From a virus (taxonomy: Duplodnaviria; Caudoviricetes), in IMG/VR virus record IMGVR_UViG_3300037589_000052, positions 1 through 41,146 of that record: 41,146 nt of DNA. One strand, written 5' to 3'. Of the stretch, positions 8,017 through 17,750 are shown in pieces. The notes under the pieces are model-generated. The model saw only the letters and a program-made list of their open reading frames with translations. It searched no databases and was not told where the DNA came from. The stretch's first letter is position 1. The number at the start of each line of letters is the position of its first letter. Made by a program: the position numbers and the translations under genes.

Positions 8017-8466
8017 ATGAACATCTTCACTATATTTTGGGGTCGGTGCTTTCAGAAGCCTAAGCACCTCTTGAAAGCACAGTTTGTCGAAGAGGCATCG
8101 GCAGTCGAAATCGCGCGGCAGCGGAAAGAACGCCTGGGCGTAGCGCAGTACAATCGTAAAACTGACGGGATTATCTCTTCGGTCCTTGCGGACGCTTCGC
8201 AGTCACCTTTTCCCCGTGGGTCTGGATTGTCCGGATCCAAACCATGGGCACAGATTGAAAATCCAGAAGATATTCGAGCCTTTGTCGCAGATGCCACGGA
8301 AGAAGAACTGCGTGAGATGGCAGCACTTGTGCTGGCGGATAGTGTTCTGAGCCCGGAGTGGGCAGAGGTCCGAGAACGGATTGTGCTTGCCGTATACGCC
8401 TACGAAGGGTCGTGGCGAAGATTGACTTCGGTAGTGTCTGAAGTGCGGCGTCCTGTACGGCGATAA
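8017..8466 (+). CDS. Hypothetical protein
   Basis: 149-aa ORF directly after the previous stop; lower GC than flanking genes. Confidence 0.5.
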   Translation: MNIFTIFWGRCFQKPKHLLKAQFVEEASAVEIARQRKERLGVAQYNRKTDGIISSVLADASQSPFPRGSGLSGSKPWAQIENPEDIRAFVADATEEELREMAALVLADSVLSPEWAEVRERIVLAVYAYEGSWRRLTSVVSEVRRPVRR

Positions 8467-8698
8467 CCTCCGCCGGGATTTTTGAAAGAAAATCATCCAT
8501 GTACGCGAGCCACTTTTCCTCATCGTCGTCTGCGAACTCACCGGGTGCACGCTTGGGATCCTCTGAGAACAGAGCGTCTTCGAGCGCACAAAGCTCATCA
8601 AATATTTCGCTGCGCCAAAACACTCTCATTGGCATGTCGGTGAAGTTGTCGGCGTTCCGGTTCGATAGTGGGTGTTCGGAAAACATAGCGATCCTCAA
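8171..8698 (-). CDS. Hypothetical antisense-oriented accessory protein (acidic N-terminal half)
   Basis: Only long ORF covering 8467-8700; protein-like acidic helical N-terminal part; 3' part overlaps 8017-8466. Confidence 0.4.
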   Translation of the reverse strand: MRIAMFSEHPLSNRNADNFTDMPMRVFWRSEIFDELCALEDALFSEDPKRAPGEFADDDEEKWLAYMDDFLSKIPAEVIAVQDAALQTLPKSIFATTLRRRIRQAQSVLGPLPTPGSEHYPPAQVLPSHAVLLPWHLRQRLEYLLDFQSVPMVWIRTIQTHGEKVTAKRPQGPKR

Positions 8699-8743
8699 AG
8701 CTTAGCGAATGCAATTTAAGAGTGAAACTAAGGTAGTATTCCC

Positions 8744-9601
8744 ATGACGGCAAAGATCATCCAGTCGATCACCGAACTGCCAGTTGACGAGATCCAGATG
8801 GGCGACCGACTGCGGCCGGTCTCCCCGGCCGGTGTGGAGGCCATCAAGGCCTCGATCACCGAGCTCGGCGTGATGAAAGACGCCATCCACGTTCGCAAAC
8901 ACAAGCGCGGCGGCAAGATCGAACTACTCGCAGGAGCGCACCGCCTGACTGTCGCCCGTGAGCTGAATTGGCCGACCATCAAGGTGGTGTGCTGGGAATG
9001 CAATGACGACTTCGCGCGCCTGATGGAAATTGACGACAATCTCGCCGGGGCGGAACTCACAGCGCTCGACACTGCGGTGTTTCTCGCAGAGCGCAAGCGG
9101 GTCTATGAGAGGCTACATCCCGAAGCCAAGCAGGGCGGCGCACGCGGCAACCAGCACACAGGAGGTTGGCAAACGGACACGATGTCCTTTTGCCACGCAA
9201 CCGCAGAGAAATTCGGCATTTCAGACCGCCATGTGCGCCGCATGGTCAGCGCAGGGTCAGTACTGACCGGCGGTGACGCCCACCGGCTGCGCTCCTCCGG
9301 GCGTCCTGTAACCCTCAATGACCTGACTGAGCTCGCCAAAATCGGCGATGTATCCGAGCGCTACCGCGTGATCGACCTGCTGGCCGAAGGCAAAGTCAAA
9401 AGCGCTAAGGACGCGCGCAAGACCTGGGCAAGTGAGCAAAACCGGGGTGTGACGCCGCCGATGAACAACACCGAAAAGACCTGGCTGCGCCTGCAGGATG
9501 CCTGGAAGCGGGCCAGCAAGGCGGGTCGCGTGACCTTCCTTGAAGAACACGGGGCTGAGGTCCAGGCACTCCTCGACGAGATCCGCGAGGGGCAAGCCTG
9601 A
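8744..9601 (+). CDS. ParB-like N-terminal domain protein
   Basis: IHVRK...LLAGAHRLTVARELNW resembles the ParB/Srx GxxRxxA motif; C-terminal HTH (TAEKFGISDRHVRR); coupled to transposase A. Confidence 0.8.
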   Translation: MTAKIIQSITELPVDEIQMGDRLRPVSPAGVEAIKASITELGVMKDAIHVRKHKRGGKIELLAGAHRLTVARELNWPTIKVVCWECNDDFARLMEIDDNLAGAELTALDTAVFLAERKRVYERLHPEAKQGGARGNQHTGGWQTDTMSFCHATAEKFGISDRHVRRMVSAGSVLTGGDAHRLRSSGRPVTLNDLTELAKIGDVSERYRVIDLLAEGKVKSAKDARKTWASEQNRGVTPPMNNTEKTWLRLQDAWKRASKAGRVTFLEEHGAEVQALLDEIREGQA

Positions 9602-11703
9602 TGGAGACCCCGAGCCAAGAATGGTGGAGTGCGGCGGAGATTGCCGACGCGCGTCTGCCGGATCTGCCCACCACCAAGCGCAAGGTCAACCAGCGCGCCA
9701 AGGTTGAAGGCTGGGACCGCCAGCCCGGCAAAATCCGCCGCCGCAAAGGCAAAGGCGGCGGGCTGGAATACCATTATTCCCTGTTCCCGATCCGCGCCCG
9801 CATGTCTCTGATCGCCCCGCCCGTTGACGAACCAGAACCAAAGCGCAGCCGCGAGGCCGCTTGGGCCGATTACGCGAGGCTCAACGACAAGGCTAAATCC
9901 AAGGCTGAAGACCGCCTGCAAGCGGCACGCCTAGTCGCGGAATGCGAGGGTGCAGGCATGAGCAGATCCGCCGCAGTTTCCGCCGTGGCGCTGCGGGTCG
10001 ACGCCTCGGAGAAATCCATCTGGAATTGGCTTGCCTTGATCGAAGGCGTGGCCGAGGCCGACTGGCTGGCCTACCTCGCGCCCAAATCGACCGGCGGCAG
10101 AGGCAAGACCGCGCCGCTGGACCCTGAGTTCTTCGCCCTGATCCGTTCCGACTGGCTGCGTCTGGAGGCCCCCTCGCTGACGTCCTGTTATGACAGGGCA
10201 AAGCGGGTTGCCAAAAAAGAGGGGCTGCCGATTGCCCCCATCCATAGGGTGCGCAAGGCCATTAAGGAGACGGTTTCCAAGCCGACAGAGATTTTCCTGC
10301 GCAAAGGCGCGGAGGCGCTGCGCCGTTATTACCCGCATCAGGATCGCGACAAGAGCGCACTAAGCGCGCTTGAGTGCATTTGCGGTGATTACCACAAGTT
10401 CGACGTCTTTGTGCGCTGGCCCGGTGAGGCACTGCCAGTGCGTGTGCAAGGCGTGTTCTTCTCAGATGTCTACTCCGGCAAAATCCTCTCGTGGCGGCTT
10501 TCGCTGACCGCGAACAGCCACACGGTCCAGCTCGCCATTGGTGACCTCATCGAGCGCTACGGCATCCCGCAGGCCGCACTTTTGGACAACGGGCGCGAGT
10601 TTGCGGCCAAGGTCATCACCGGCGGCGCGGAAACGCGGTTCCGGTTCAAGGTGCGCGATGACGATGTGCCGGGCCTCTTGCCAATGCTTGGCGTCAACGT
10701 GCTTTGGGCCACGCCCTACTCCGGCCAATCCAAACCGATTGAGCGCGCGTTCCGGGACCTCGGTGACCGAGTGGCAAAGCATCCGGCGTTTGAGGGCGCG
10801 TACACCGGCAACAAACCCGACGCGAAGCCCGAAAACTATGGCAACCGCGCGGTTCCGCTTGAAGATTTCATCGCGGTCCTCACGGAGGAGATCGAAGACC
10901 ACAACGCCCGCGAAGGCCGACGCAGTGAAATCGCGTTTGGGCGGTCGTTTAACCAGGTGTTTGAGGCCTCATACCAAAGCCGCCCAATCCGCAAGGCCAC
11001 CGAAGAACAGCGCCGCCTCTGGCTCATGGGGGCGCAGGGGCTGAATGCCAGCGCCAAGAATGGTGAGCTGAAACTGATGGGGTCCCGGTATTGGGCCGAG
11101 TGGATGTATCGCATCGCCGGGCAAAAGGTGGTGGGGCGCTTTGACCCAGACAACCTTCACGCCGGACTGCATGTCTATGACCTCGACGGTCAATACATCG
11201 GCCATGCGGCCTGCGTGAAGCGTGGCAACTTCCTCGGTGTTGAGGATGCGCGCGAGTTGGCCCGTAAGCGCAGCCAGTTCATGCGCGCTGCCAAGGAAGA
11301 GGCCCGCGCCAGCCGCGAGTTTACCGCTGCGGAAATTGCAGCCCGCCTGCGCGCCGCAGGGGAGGACGCAACTCCAGACGCGCTGCCCGAGGCCGAGGTG
11401 ATCCAACTGGCCACCCCGCATCGCAACGCCCCGAAGGCCCCGCGCCTCACACAGGAGAGCCAGAACAGTGCCCAAGAGGACCGACTGGAGGCGCAAATCG
11501 CACGCCTTGCGGATCGCCGCAAACCGCAGCCCGTCGATGACGACCCGGAGGTGCAGTTCAACCGCTGCGTTGAGCTCGAGCAGCTCGACGCGGAAGGCCA
11601 CCCGCTGACCGAGGAGCAGCGCAATTTCATGCAGGATTATCAGAGATCCGCCCAATACCGGAGCTTTCTGCGCATGCGCAAAGCTCTTGGCACCGAGGAA
11701 TAA
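9601..11703 (+). CDS. Mu-type DDE transposase A
   Basis: N-terminal Mu HTH (WWSAAEIA...GKGGGLEYH); DDE triad CGDYH / LDNGREF / KPIERAF; Mu C-terminal beta-barrel region. Confidence 0.95.
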   Translation: METPSQEWWSAAEIADARLPDLPTTKRKVNQRAKVEGWDRQPGKIRRRKGKGGGLEYHYSLFPIRARMSLIAPPVDEPEPKRSREAAWADYARLNDKAKSKAEDRLQAARLVAECEGAGMSRSAAVSAVALRVDASEKSIWNWLALIEGVAEADWLAYLAPKSTGGRGKTAPLDPEFFALIRSDWLRLEAPSLTSCYDRAKRVAKKEGLPIAPIHRVRKAIKETVSKPTEIFLRKGAEALRRYYPHQDRDKSALSALECICGDYHKFDVFVRWPGEALPVRVQGVFFSDVYSGKILSWRLSLTANSHTVQLAIGDLIERYGIPQAALLDNGREFAAKVITGGAETRFRFKVRDDDVPGLLPMLGVNVLWATPYSGQSKPIERAFRDLGDRVAKHPAFEGAYTGNKPDAKPENYGNRAVPLEDFIAVLTEEIEDHNAREGRRSEIAFGRSFNQVFEASYQSRPIRKATEEQRRLWLMGAQGLNASAKNGELKLMGSRYWAEWMYRIAGQKVVGRFDPDNLHAGLHVYDLDGQYIGHAACVKRGNFLGVEDARELARKRSQFMRAAKEEARASREFTAAEIAARLRAAGEDATPDALPEAEVIQLATPHRNAPKAPRLTQESQNSAQEDRLEAQIARLADRRKPQPVDDDPEVQFNRCVELEQLDAEGHPLTEEQRNFMQDYQRSAQYRSFLRMRKALGTEE

Positions 11704-11715
11704 GGAGAGCAGAGC

Positions 11716-12504
11716 ATGTCACCAAGCATCGCCCCACTGCGCAATGTCGCAGCACTGATTTCACTGGTCGAGCGCGTGCAGGACCGCTCCATGGGACTGC
11801 CGGGGATGGCGGTTTTTTACGGCCCATCCGGTTGGGGGAAAACCACCGCCACTACCTTTGTCACCAATGAGTATCAGGCCTACAACGTGCAGGTCCTGAG
11901 CTGCTGGACACCAAGCTACTTCCTACAGTCCATCATGCGCGAGATTGGCATTAAGCCGGTGCGCGGCGTGCCTGCGATGGTCGAAGCCATTGCCGCGCAT
12001 ATGGCACGGGCCGACCGCCCGCTGATCATCGACGATGCGCAGTATCTCACCAAGAACAAGAAGCTGATCGAATTGGCCCGCGATCTTTATGAGGCCAGCC
12101 AATCAACGGTCATTCTGGTCGGTGAGGAAGAACTCCCCCAGCACCTCACCAAGTGGGAGAACATCCACAACCGCCAGCTTGCATGGGAGCCCGCCCTCGC
12201 CTGCAATCTCTCGGATGCGGAAAAGCTGGTGCAGATCTACAGCCCCGATGTGACGATTGAGCGGGATCTCTTGTCCGAGATCGTCGACGCTTCGGGCGGC
12301 TCCATCCGCCGGGTCGTGACCAATATCGACCAGGCCAAGGAACTTGCCCGCTCGCGCGGCACCAGCTGCGCCGATCTGGCCCTCTGGGGGGATCGCGTGT
12401 TTGCAACCGGCCAGCCACCGGCTGTGCGCAGGCTCACCTCGGCCAGCCCCTCCCCTGCCCCGCGCAAGGGCGCCAATGTTCGGATTGCGGGAGCCGGGAA
12501 ATGA
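11716..12504 (+). CDS. Transposition protein B (AAA ATPase)
   Basis: AGGAG RBS; Walker A GPSGWGKT; Walker B LIIDDA; follows transposase A. Confidence 0.92.
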   Translation: MSPSIAPLRNVAALISLVERVQDRSMGLPGMAVFYGPSGWGKTTATTFVTNEYQAYNVQVLSCWTPSYFLQSIMREIGIKPVRGVPAMVEAIAAHMARADRPLIIDDAQYLTKNKKLIELARDLYEASQSTVILVGEEELPQHLTKWENIHNRQLAWEPALACNLSDAEKLVQIYSPDVTIERDLLSEIVDASGGSIRRVVTNIDQAKELARSRGTSCADLALWGDRVFATGQPPAVRRLTSASPSPAPRKGANVRIAGAGK

Positions 12505-13049
12505 GCAATCAATTCCGATCCGATATGGAGGCTTCCGCGTGGCGCGCGGCGCAAACGCTGCGGCAGATCCACTGGAGCGACCTTTTGGCCTTTGGTGTGG
12601 TGCGCTCCACCGCCAAGAAATTCGTGAACCGCTGGGCCGAAGCGGGTCTGATTACCCGCATCCCAACGGATGACAGCCGCAAGGTCTATGTCCGCACTGA
12701 TCTTGCGCCAACCGTAGCCACCGAACCGCCCAGCTATGATGACAGCGCCGAGGGCAACATGTGGCGTAGCATGCGCGGCCTCAGGGTGTTCTCCGCAACC
12801 GACATTGCCGCCCATTCCAATGCAGGCGGCGTCGAGGTCTCGGTCGCCCAGGCGCGGGCTTACTGCCGCCTCCTGGTGCAGTCGGATCACCTGCGGGTGC
12901 AGCAAACCGCCATAGGCGGCAAGCGCGAGGCGAAGTTCAAGCTGGTCAACAACACAGGCCCCGTCGCGCCCAAGCCACGCAAGGTCAAAGGCGTGTTTGA
13001 TCCGAACACCGCCGATTTTGTTTCTCTCGACAAGGAGGTGCTGCTGTGA
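12501..13049 (+). CDS. Hypothetical phage protein (probable winged-helix DNA binding)
   Basis: ATGA overlap with the B gene; NMWRSMRGLRVFSATDIA helix pattern. Confidence 0.7.
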   Translation: MSNQFRSDMEASAWRAAQTLRQIHWSDLLAFGVVRSTAKKFVNRWAEAGLITRIPTDDSRKVYVRTDLAPTVATEPPSYDDSAEGNMWRSMRGLRVFSATDIAAHSNAGGVEVSVAQARAYCRLLVQSDHLRVQQTAIGGKREAKFKLVNNTGPVAPKPRKVKGVFDPNTADFVSLDKEVLL

Positions 13050-13420
13050 GCGCAGACGCATTTGCAATGAACAAGGCCCGCATTGGCTGGCACGGAAACA
13101 TCCCCGACTGGGTAGAGGCACTCGCAGCCGAGTGTGACGTGACCAGCCAAGCCAAAACGGCCACCCGTCTCGGATATTCCGCTGGGGCTGTGAACCTTGT
13201 CCTCAGCAACCGCTACGGGGCCAGCACAGACGCCATCGAACAGTCTGTGCGAGGCGTGCTGATGGCCGAGAAGGTCACCTGCCCTGCCATGGGCGAAATC
13301 GGCAAGGACGTCTGCCGCATGTGGCGCGAGCGTTCCAGGACCTTTTCGGCCGCCAACAGCCAGCACGTCAAAATGTTCAAAACCTGCCCCAAGTGCCCGC
13401 ATTTTCTGGCCAACAAATGA
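13046..13420 (+). CDS. HTH protein with C-terminal cysteine cluster
   Basis: SQAKTATRLGYSAGAVNLVL HTH; CPAMG...C...CPKC; GTGA overlap with the upstream gene. Confidence 0.75.
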   Translation: MSADAFAMNKARIGWHGNIPDWVEALAAECDVTSQAKTATRLGYSAGAVNLVLSNRYGASTDAIEQSVRGVLMAEKVTCPAMGEIGKDVCRMWRERSRTFSAANSQHVKMFKTCPKCPHFLANK

Positions 13421-13479
13421 GCGCCACAACGCGCGCGCATTTCCCCCAAATTTTGCCCCCTGAACAGGAGTACAGGCGA

Positions 13480-14157
13480 ATGACCGAGCAGCACGCTCTC
13501 TCAAAACCCCCTTCCCGTCAGCCCGCACAGGTGCCAAGCGGCGAGGAAACCATCAACGGCACTTCCTATATGCGCAACGCCCAGGGCGATCTGCGCCCGA
13601 CAGAACTGGTCAAGCCGCAGGACAAGCTCCAAGACCAGACCGTGCGCGGCATCATCGGTTATGCACTGGCCCTCAGCGACGAGGTGAGCCGGTTCAAAGG
13701 CCACACTTTTGAGGACATCAGCGCCTTTGAGGCGATCCTTGCGGACCAATACGGCGCGACGGTCGGCGGCAAGAAAGGCAACAAGACCCTCATGAGCTAT
13801 GACGGTCTGTTCAAGGTTCAGGTGCAGGTCGCGGATCTCATTGACTTCGGCCCCGAGCTGCAAACCGCCAAAACGCTGGTCGACGAATGTCTGACGGAAT
13901 GGGCTGCAGATGCCCGCCCGGAGATCCGCGACATCGTGACCCGCGCCTTCAACACCGACAAAGCCGGTCAGATCAACCGCTCTGAAATCTTCATGCTCCT
14001 GCGTCTGGACATCGACGATGACCGCTGGAAGCGCGCCATGCAGGCCATCAAGGACGCGATCCGCGTGGTCGGCTCCAAATCCTACGTGCGCTGCTACCAG
14101 CGAGCGACGCGCGATGCGGCATGGACCGCGATCCAGATCGACCTGGCCAAAGCCTGA
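13480..14157 (+). CDS. DUF3164-like Mu-like phage protein
   Basis: AGGAG RBS; YMRNAQG, GGKKGNKTLMSYDG and GSKSYVRCYQR are recognisable family motifs. Confidence 0.8.
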   Translation: MTEQHALSKPPSRQPAQVPSGEETINGTSYMRNAQGDLRPTELVKPQDKLQDQTVRGIIGYALALSDEVSRFKGHTFEDISAFEAILADQYGATVGGKKGNKTLMSYDGLFKVQVQVADLIDFGPELQTAKTLVDECLTEWAADARPEIRDIVTRAFNTDKAGQINRSEIFMLLRLDIDDDRWKRAMQAIKDAIRVVGSKSYVRCYQRATRDAAWTAIQIDLAKA

Positions 14158-14170
14158 GGAGGACACCAGC

Positions 14171-14446
14171 ATGCAAATTGCAAAATTCATGGATGCAGCG
14201 CGGGTGCCCATGCCCGCAGAGCATGACGACCAGCCGATCTCAGGCGGCGTCAGCAGCGTGTTGGCGCGGGGCTACCCGGCTCAACTGGCGCAGATGAATG
14301 TGGATCACCTGCTCATGACCGCGAGCCCGGCAGAACTCGAAGAACTAGCGGCGCGCTGGGGGATCCCCATTCATATCGTGAAACGCCGCAGCAATGCTCT
14401 GATCGGGCAAGCCGCCCACCAAATCGCCAAACGGCGGGAGGGGTGA
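14171..14446 (+). CDS. Hypothetical phage protein
   Basis: GAGGAGG RBS before ATG 14171; tight packing. Confidence 0.65.
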   Translation: MQIAKFMDAARVPMPAEHDDQPISGGVSSVLARGYPAQLAQMNVDHLLMTASPAELEELAARWGIPIHIVKRRSNALIGQAAHQIAKRREG

Positions 14447-14447
14447 A

Positions 14448-14702
14448 ATGGCTATGACATCCAGCCAGATCGAACAGGGTCTCGCCAAAGCGTTCACCAT
14501 CTACACAACGAAACAGCGCCGCGCAGGCTTGGTGCTTGGAAACTGCCTCGCGGTATTGCGTCAGGAGGCAGCGCTTGCGCATCTGGACCCGCGCGACTTT
14601 GAGCGCATGGCGCGGGAGCAGATGGAGATTGCAGATGCCCGGATGCACTCGGACGTGGCGAGCTTTCACCCGGTGGCAGCAGTGGCTGGCGGGACGCTCT
14701 GA
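14448..14702 (+). CDS. Hypothetical phage protein
   Basis: GGAGG RBS; tight packing. Confidence 0.65.
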   Translation: MAMTSSQIEQGLAKAFTIYTTKQRRAGLVLGNCLAVLRQEAALAHLDPRDFERMAREQMEIADARMHSDVASFHPVAAVAGGTL

Positions 14703-14703
14703 T

Positions 14704-15159
14704 ATGTCTGCCGCGCTCAAACGCAAAATCCATCTCGGTTGCCGAGAGCTGGGCCTCGATAATGAGGCCCGGCGCGATCTGCAGCTGGTGGTCACAGGCA
14801 AAGCCTCGATGAAGGATATGAACGAGGCCGACCTCAAAGCACTGGTGAAGCGGCTGGAAGCAGACGGGTTCAAACCTGCAAGCGGCGCGAGGAAGGCTTT
14901 CGAGCCCGCGCCGCGCGCCGATCTTCGGCTGGTCCACAAGCTCTGGGGTGAACTCGGGCGTTCGGGCCAACTCAGAGACAAGAGCCGGGCGGGGTTGAAC
15001 CGCTTCATTCGCGCCCGCTTTGGCAATCACTGGGCCATGGTGCCTGCAGACGTGGATATGCTGACCGAGTGGTCCCAGATTGATCAGGTGATCCAAGCCC
15101 TGAAAAACTGGGGGCAGCGCGCCGGGATCGACTTTGATTGGGAGGCATACTGCAAATGA
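14704..15159 (+). CDS. gemA: GemA/gp16-like protein (DUF1018)
   Basis: KIHLGCRELGLD...TGKASMKDM...GFK and C-terminal VIQALKNW pattern; position before the Mor/C-like gene. Confidence 0.8.
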   Translation: MSAALKRKIHLGCRELGLDNEARRDLQLVVTGKASMKDMNEADLKALVKRLEADGFKPASGARKAFEPAPRADLRLVHKLWGELGRSGQLRDKSRAGLNRFIRARFGNHWAMVPADVDMLTEWSQIDQVIQALKNWGQRAGIDFDWEAYCK

Positions 15160-15560
15160 GCCAGTCGCGCCGCCCCAGCGAAGGCAAACTGCCCCTTTCT
15201 TATCCCAAACCCACCGCGCAGGTGGAACCATATGTGGAGGCCTTGGGTCTGGAGGACACCCTGAAGTTCATCGGCGCATTTGGTGGAACTGAAATCTACA
15301 TAGCCTCCGACCCCAAATCCCGTTCCAGAGTTGTGGAGGTCGTCGGCTACCCCAAAGCACGGATGCTTGCGAGCATCATCGAGAAGCTGCCACGCCGTGT
15401 TCCCCTCGCCAAGCAATGGCGCGCGCAGGTGTATCATGCCATGGGCTACAGCAAAGCCGAAGTGGCGCGGAAACTCTCAATTCATGAAGATACTGTTCGC
15501 AGATACTTGACCCGCCAATCGACTAAAACGCATGATAACAACCAACTAAACCTCTTCTAA
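15156..15560 (+). CDS. Mor/C-like late transcription activator
   Basis: FGGTEIYI strand motif plus C-terminal HTH (YSKAEVARKLSIHEDTVRRYL); last gene before the lysis operon. Confidence 0.75.
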   Translation: MSQSRRPSEGKLPLSYPKPTAQVEPYVEALGLEDTLKFIGAFGGTEIYIASDPKSRSRVVEVVGYPKARMLASIIEKLPRRVPLAKQWRAQVYHAMGYSKAEVARKLSIHEDTVRRYLTRQSTKTHDNNQLNLF

Positions 15561-15566
15561 CAAGAT

Positions 15567-15598
15567 GCCCCCGGCAGTTTCGGGGGCGTTTTTCGTTT
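15567..15598 (+). promoter_or_regulatory. Dyad plus T-tract element before the lysis operon (terminator and/or late-activator site), copy 1
   Basis: GCCCCCGGCAGTTTCGGGGGCGTTTTTCGTTT; nearly identical to 24374-24404. Confidence 0.7.
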
Positions 15599-15648
15599 TA
15601 GGTCTGCGCCATCCTGAAACCTGCAAAGCAGGTTTAGGGATGGCATAA

Positions 15649-16518
15649 ATGGCATTTGAAAACGGTATTCTCTCGGGGGTGAACTATACCCCTGCCACCC
15701 ACATGGGCGGCGAAATCACACCCGACCTCGTGATCCTCCACGATACCGCCAGCAGCCTCTCCGAGGGCAGCGCTGCGGACTACCTGCAAGACAATGACGC
15801 TAAAGTCTCGGTTCACTTCGTGATCGAGCTGAACGGCAAGCTGCGCCAGCTGGTCCCGATCCATCGCCGCGCCAATCACGCAGGCGCATCCAGTTACCAC
15901 GGGCGTCAGGGCTGCAACGGGTTCAGCATCGGCGTTGAACTGGTCAACCCCGGCAAGATGCGCGCGGCCGGTGCAAATGGCGTGACGTGGTTTGGGGCCA
16001 CCGTGAAGAACGGCCACCCCTACACAGTGGAGATTGCAGAGACGCCGGAACACGGTCGGGGCATGTGGATGCACTACCCCGAAACGCAGCTCGACACGTT
16101 GATCTGGCTCCTGCGCTTACTGTTTGCGGAATGCAAAACGCTGCACGACATCCGCGCTCATTGGTACGTCTCGCCGGGGCGGAAGGTGGACACAAACCCG
16201 CTATTCCCGATGGAGCAAATCCGTTCTCACATCCTGGGCAGGGATGATCCCGCCGATGAAGCGGCCAGTCGCGACAGCCGCGCTGTTGAGCCAGGCGAGA
16301 TGGTCATCACCAGCAGCAATGGCGACACCCTGAACATGCGCCGCTGGCCGAGCTTCAATCCCAACATCATCGCCAAGATCCCGGATGGCACACCCGTGCC
16401 GGTTCTGCGGCGCGGCACCTTCGACGGTCGCGACTGGCTGCAGGTGTTCTACGCCGGTCAGGAAGGCTGGATCGTGGCGCGCTACGCCGACCCCGTGACC
16501 TACGCCCTCCCCCGCTAA
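15649..16518 (+). CDS. Endolysin: N-acetylmuramoyl-L-alanine amidase (Amidase_2) + SH3-like cell-wall-binding domain
   Basis: VILHDTA, SVHFVI, HAG, SIGVELVN, H...PGRKVD; C-terminal LNMRRWP...WLQV...GQEGWI. Confidence 0.92.
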   Translation: MAFENGILSGVNYTPATHMGGEITPDLVILHDTASSLSEGSAADYLQDNDAKVSVHFVIELNGKLRQLVPIHRRANHAGASSYHGRQGCNGFSIGVELVNPGKMRAAGANGVTWFGATVKNGHPYTVEIAETPEHGRGMWMHYPETQLDTLIWLLRLLFAECKTLHDIRAHWYVSPGRKVDTNPLFPMEQIRSHILGRDDPADEAASRDSRAVEPGEMVITSSNGDTLNMRRWPSFNPNIIAKIPDGTPVPVLRRGTFDGRDWLQVFYAGQEGWIVARYADPVTYALPR

Positions 16519-16532
16519 AGGAGCATCCCCCG

Positions 16533-17072
16533 GTGAAACAGAAAGACAAGATCCTCCAAATCCTCGGCGGCATCGCCCCCACGATTGCAACCGCCCTTGG
16601 TGGCCCGCTCGCGGGCGTTGCAACAAAGGCGCTCGCCGCCAAACTGCTAGACCGACCCGACGCCAGTTCCGAAGAAGTCGAAGCGGCAATTCTCGGAGCC
16701 AGCCCCAACGACCTCTTGAAACTCAAAGAGGCAGAAGCCGATCTGGAACGCCACCTGATTGATGCAGGTATTGAACTGGAGCAGATCGCGGCCGGTGATC
16801 GCGACAGCGCGCGCAAACGTCAGGCGGCGCTCAAAGACCGCGTCCCTGGCATTCTTGCCGCGCTGGTGCTCATCGGGTTCTTCTCGGTCATCGCCTACCT
16901 CCTGAAATATGGCCTTCCGCCCGCCAGCGCCGAGATCCTGGCGCTCTTGATCGGTGGGCTTTCAGTCGGGTTCACCCAGATCCTGAACTATTACTTCGGA
17001 AGTTCCGCCGGATCGAAAAACAAGGACGTGATGATCGAGCGGATAAAGGCCGCATCGGGGGCAAGGCCCTGA
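16533..17072 (+). CDS. Putative holin
   Basis: APTIATALGGPLAG N-terminus, two hydrophobic helices, YYFGSSAGSK C-terminus; follows the endolysin. Confidence 0.75.
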   Translation: MKQKDKILQILGGIAPTIATALGGPLAGVATKALAAKLLDRPDASSEEVEAAILGASPNDLLKLKEAEADLERHLIDAGIELEQIAAGDRDSARKRQAALKDRVPGILAALVLIGFFSVIAYLLKYGLPPASAEILALLIGGLSVGFTQILNYYFGSSAGSKNKDVMIERIKAASGARP

Positions 17073-17443
17073 TGCTCTTTGACCCGACAATCACGCTGGG
17101 CAACGTCCTCGCTGCGCTGGCCTTGCTGGTGTCGCTCGGCACTACGGTCTTTGCGTGGCTCGCCACCCGCCGATCCAATGTGGAAGCGCGGTTTCAGCGC
17201 GTGGATGAGCGCTTCAAGGAAGGTTCTGATCGCATGGATCGGCAGGAAGGCCGCATCGCCCGCGTCGAGCAATCGGTTCAATCCCTGCCGAGCAAGGATG
17301 ACCTGCATCAGATCGAACTGACCCTCGCCAATGTGGCGGGCACCATGCAGCGCATGGAGGCGGTGATGGAGGGCAACCAGAAAATCATGACGCGCCTCGA
17401 AACCGTTGTGACCCGCCACGAAGACCACCTCCTGAACAAGTAG
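17072..17443 (+). CDS. DUF2730-like membrane-anchored coiled-coil protein
   Basis: N-terminal TM, coiled coil with LPSKDDLH; Mu-like position before the packaging genes. Confidence 0.7.
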   Translation: MLFDPTITLGNVLAALALLVSLGTTVFAWLATRRSNVEARFQRVDERFKEGSDRMDRQEGRIARVEQSVQSLPSKDDLHQIELTLANVAGTMQRMEAVMEGNQKIMTRLETVVTRHEDHLLNK

Positions 17444-17450
17444 GACCGCT

Positions 17451-17747
17451 ATGAGCTACGCTGACGAGCTGCGCAAACACGCCCGCATCGCCATTCTTCG
17501 TTTTCTTGAGGATGCGCCCAAGTACACCTCCAACGTCTCCATGTTGGCCACGCAACTCCCCCGCGTCGGGATCGCCTTCACCCGCGACCAGGTGACGACT
17601 GAGGCCCACTGGCTGAAGGAACAGGGGCTTGTTGACCTTGAAGACCACGCAGGCTTTGTCGTGATCGCCGCGACGACGCGCGGTGTCGAGATCGCCCAGG
17701 GGATCGCACGCCACCCCGATATCCAGCGCCCTCGACCGGGAGCGTGA
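17451..17747 (+). CDS. Mu gp26-like small winged-helix protein
   Basis: RIAILRFL...WLKEQGLV...TRGVEIAQG...IQRPRP pattern and synteny. Confidence 0.7.
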   Translation: MSYADELRKHARIAILRFLEDAPKYTSNVSMLATQLPRVGIAFTRDQVTTEAHWLKEQGLVDLEDHAGFVVIAATTRGVEIAQGIARHPDIQRPRPGA

Positions 17748-17750
17748 CCC

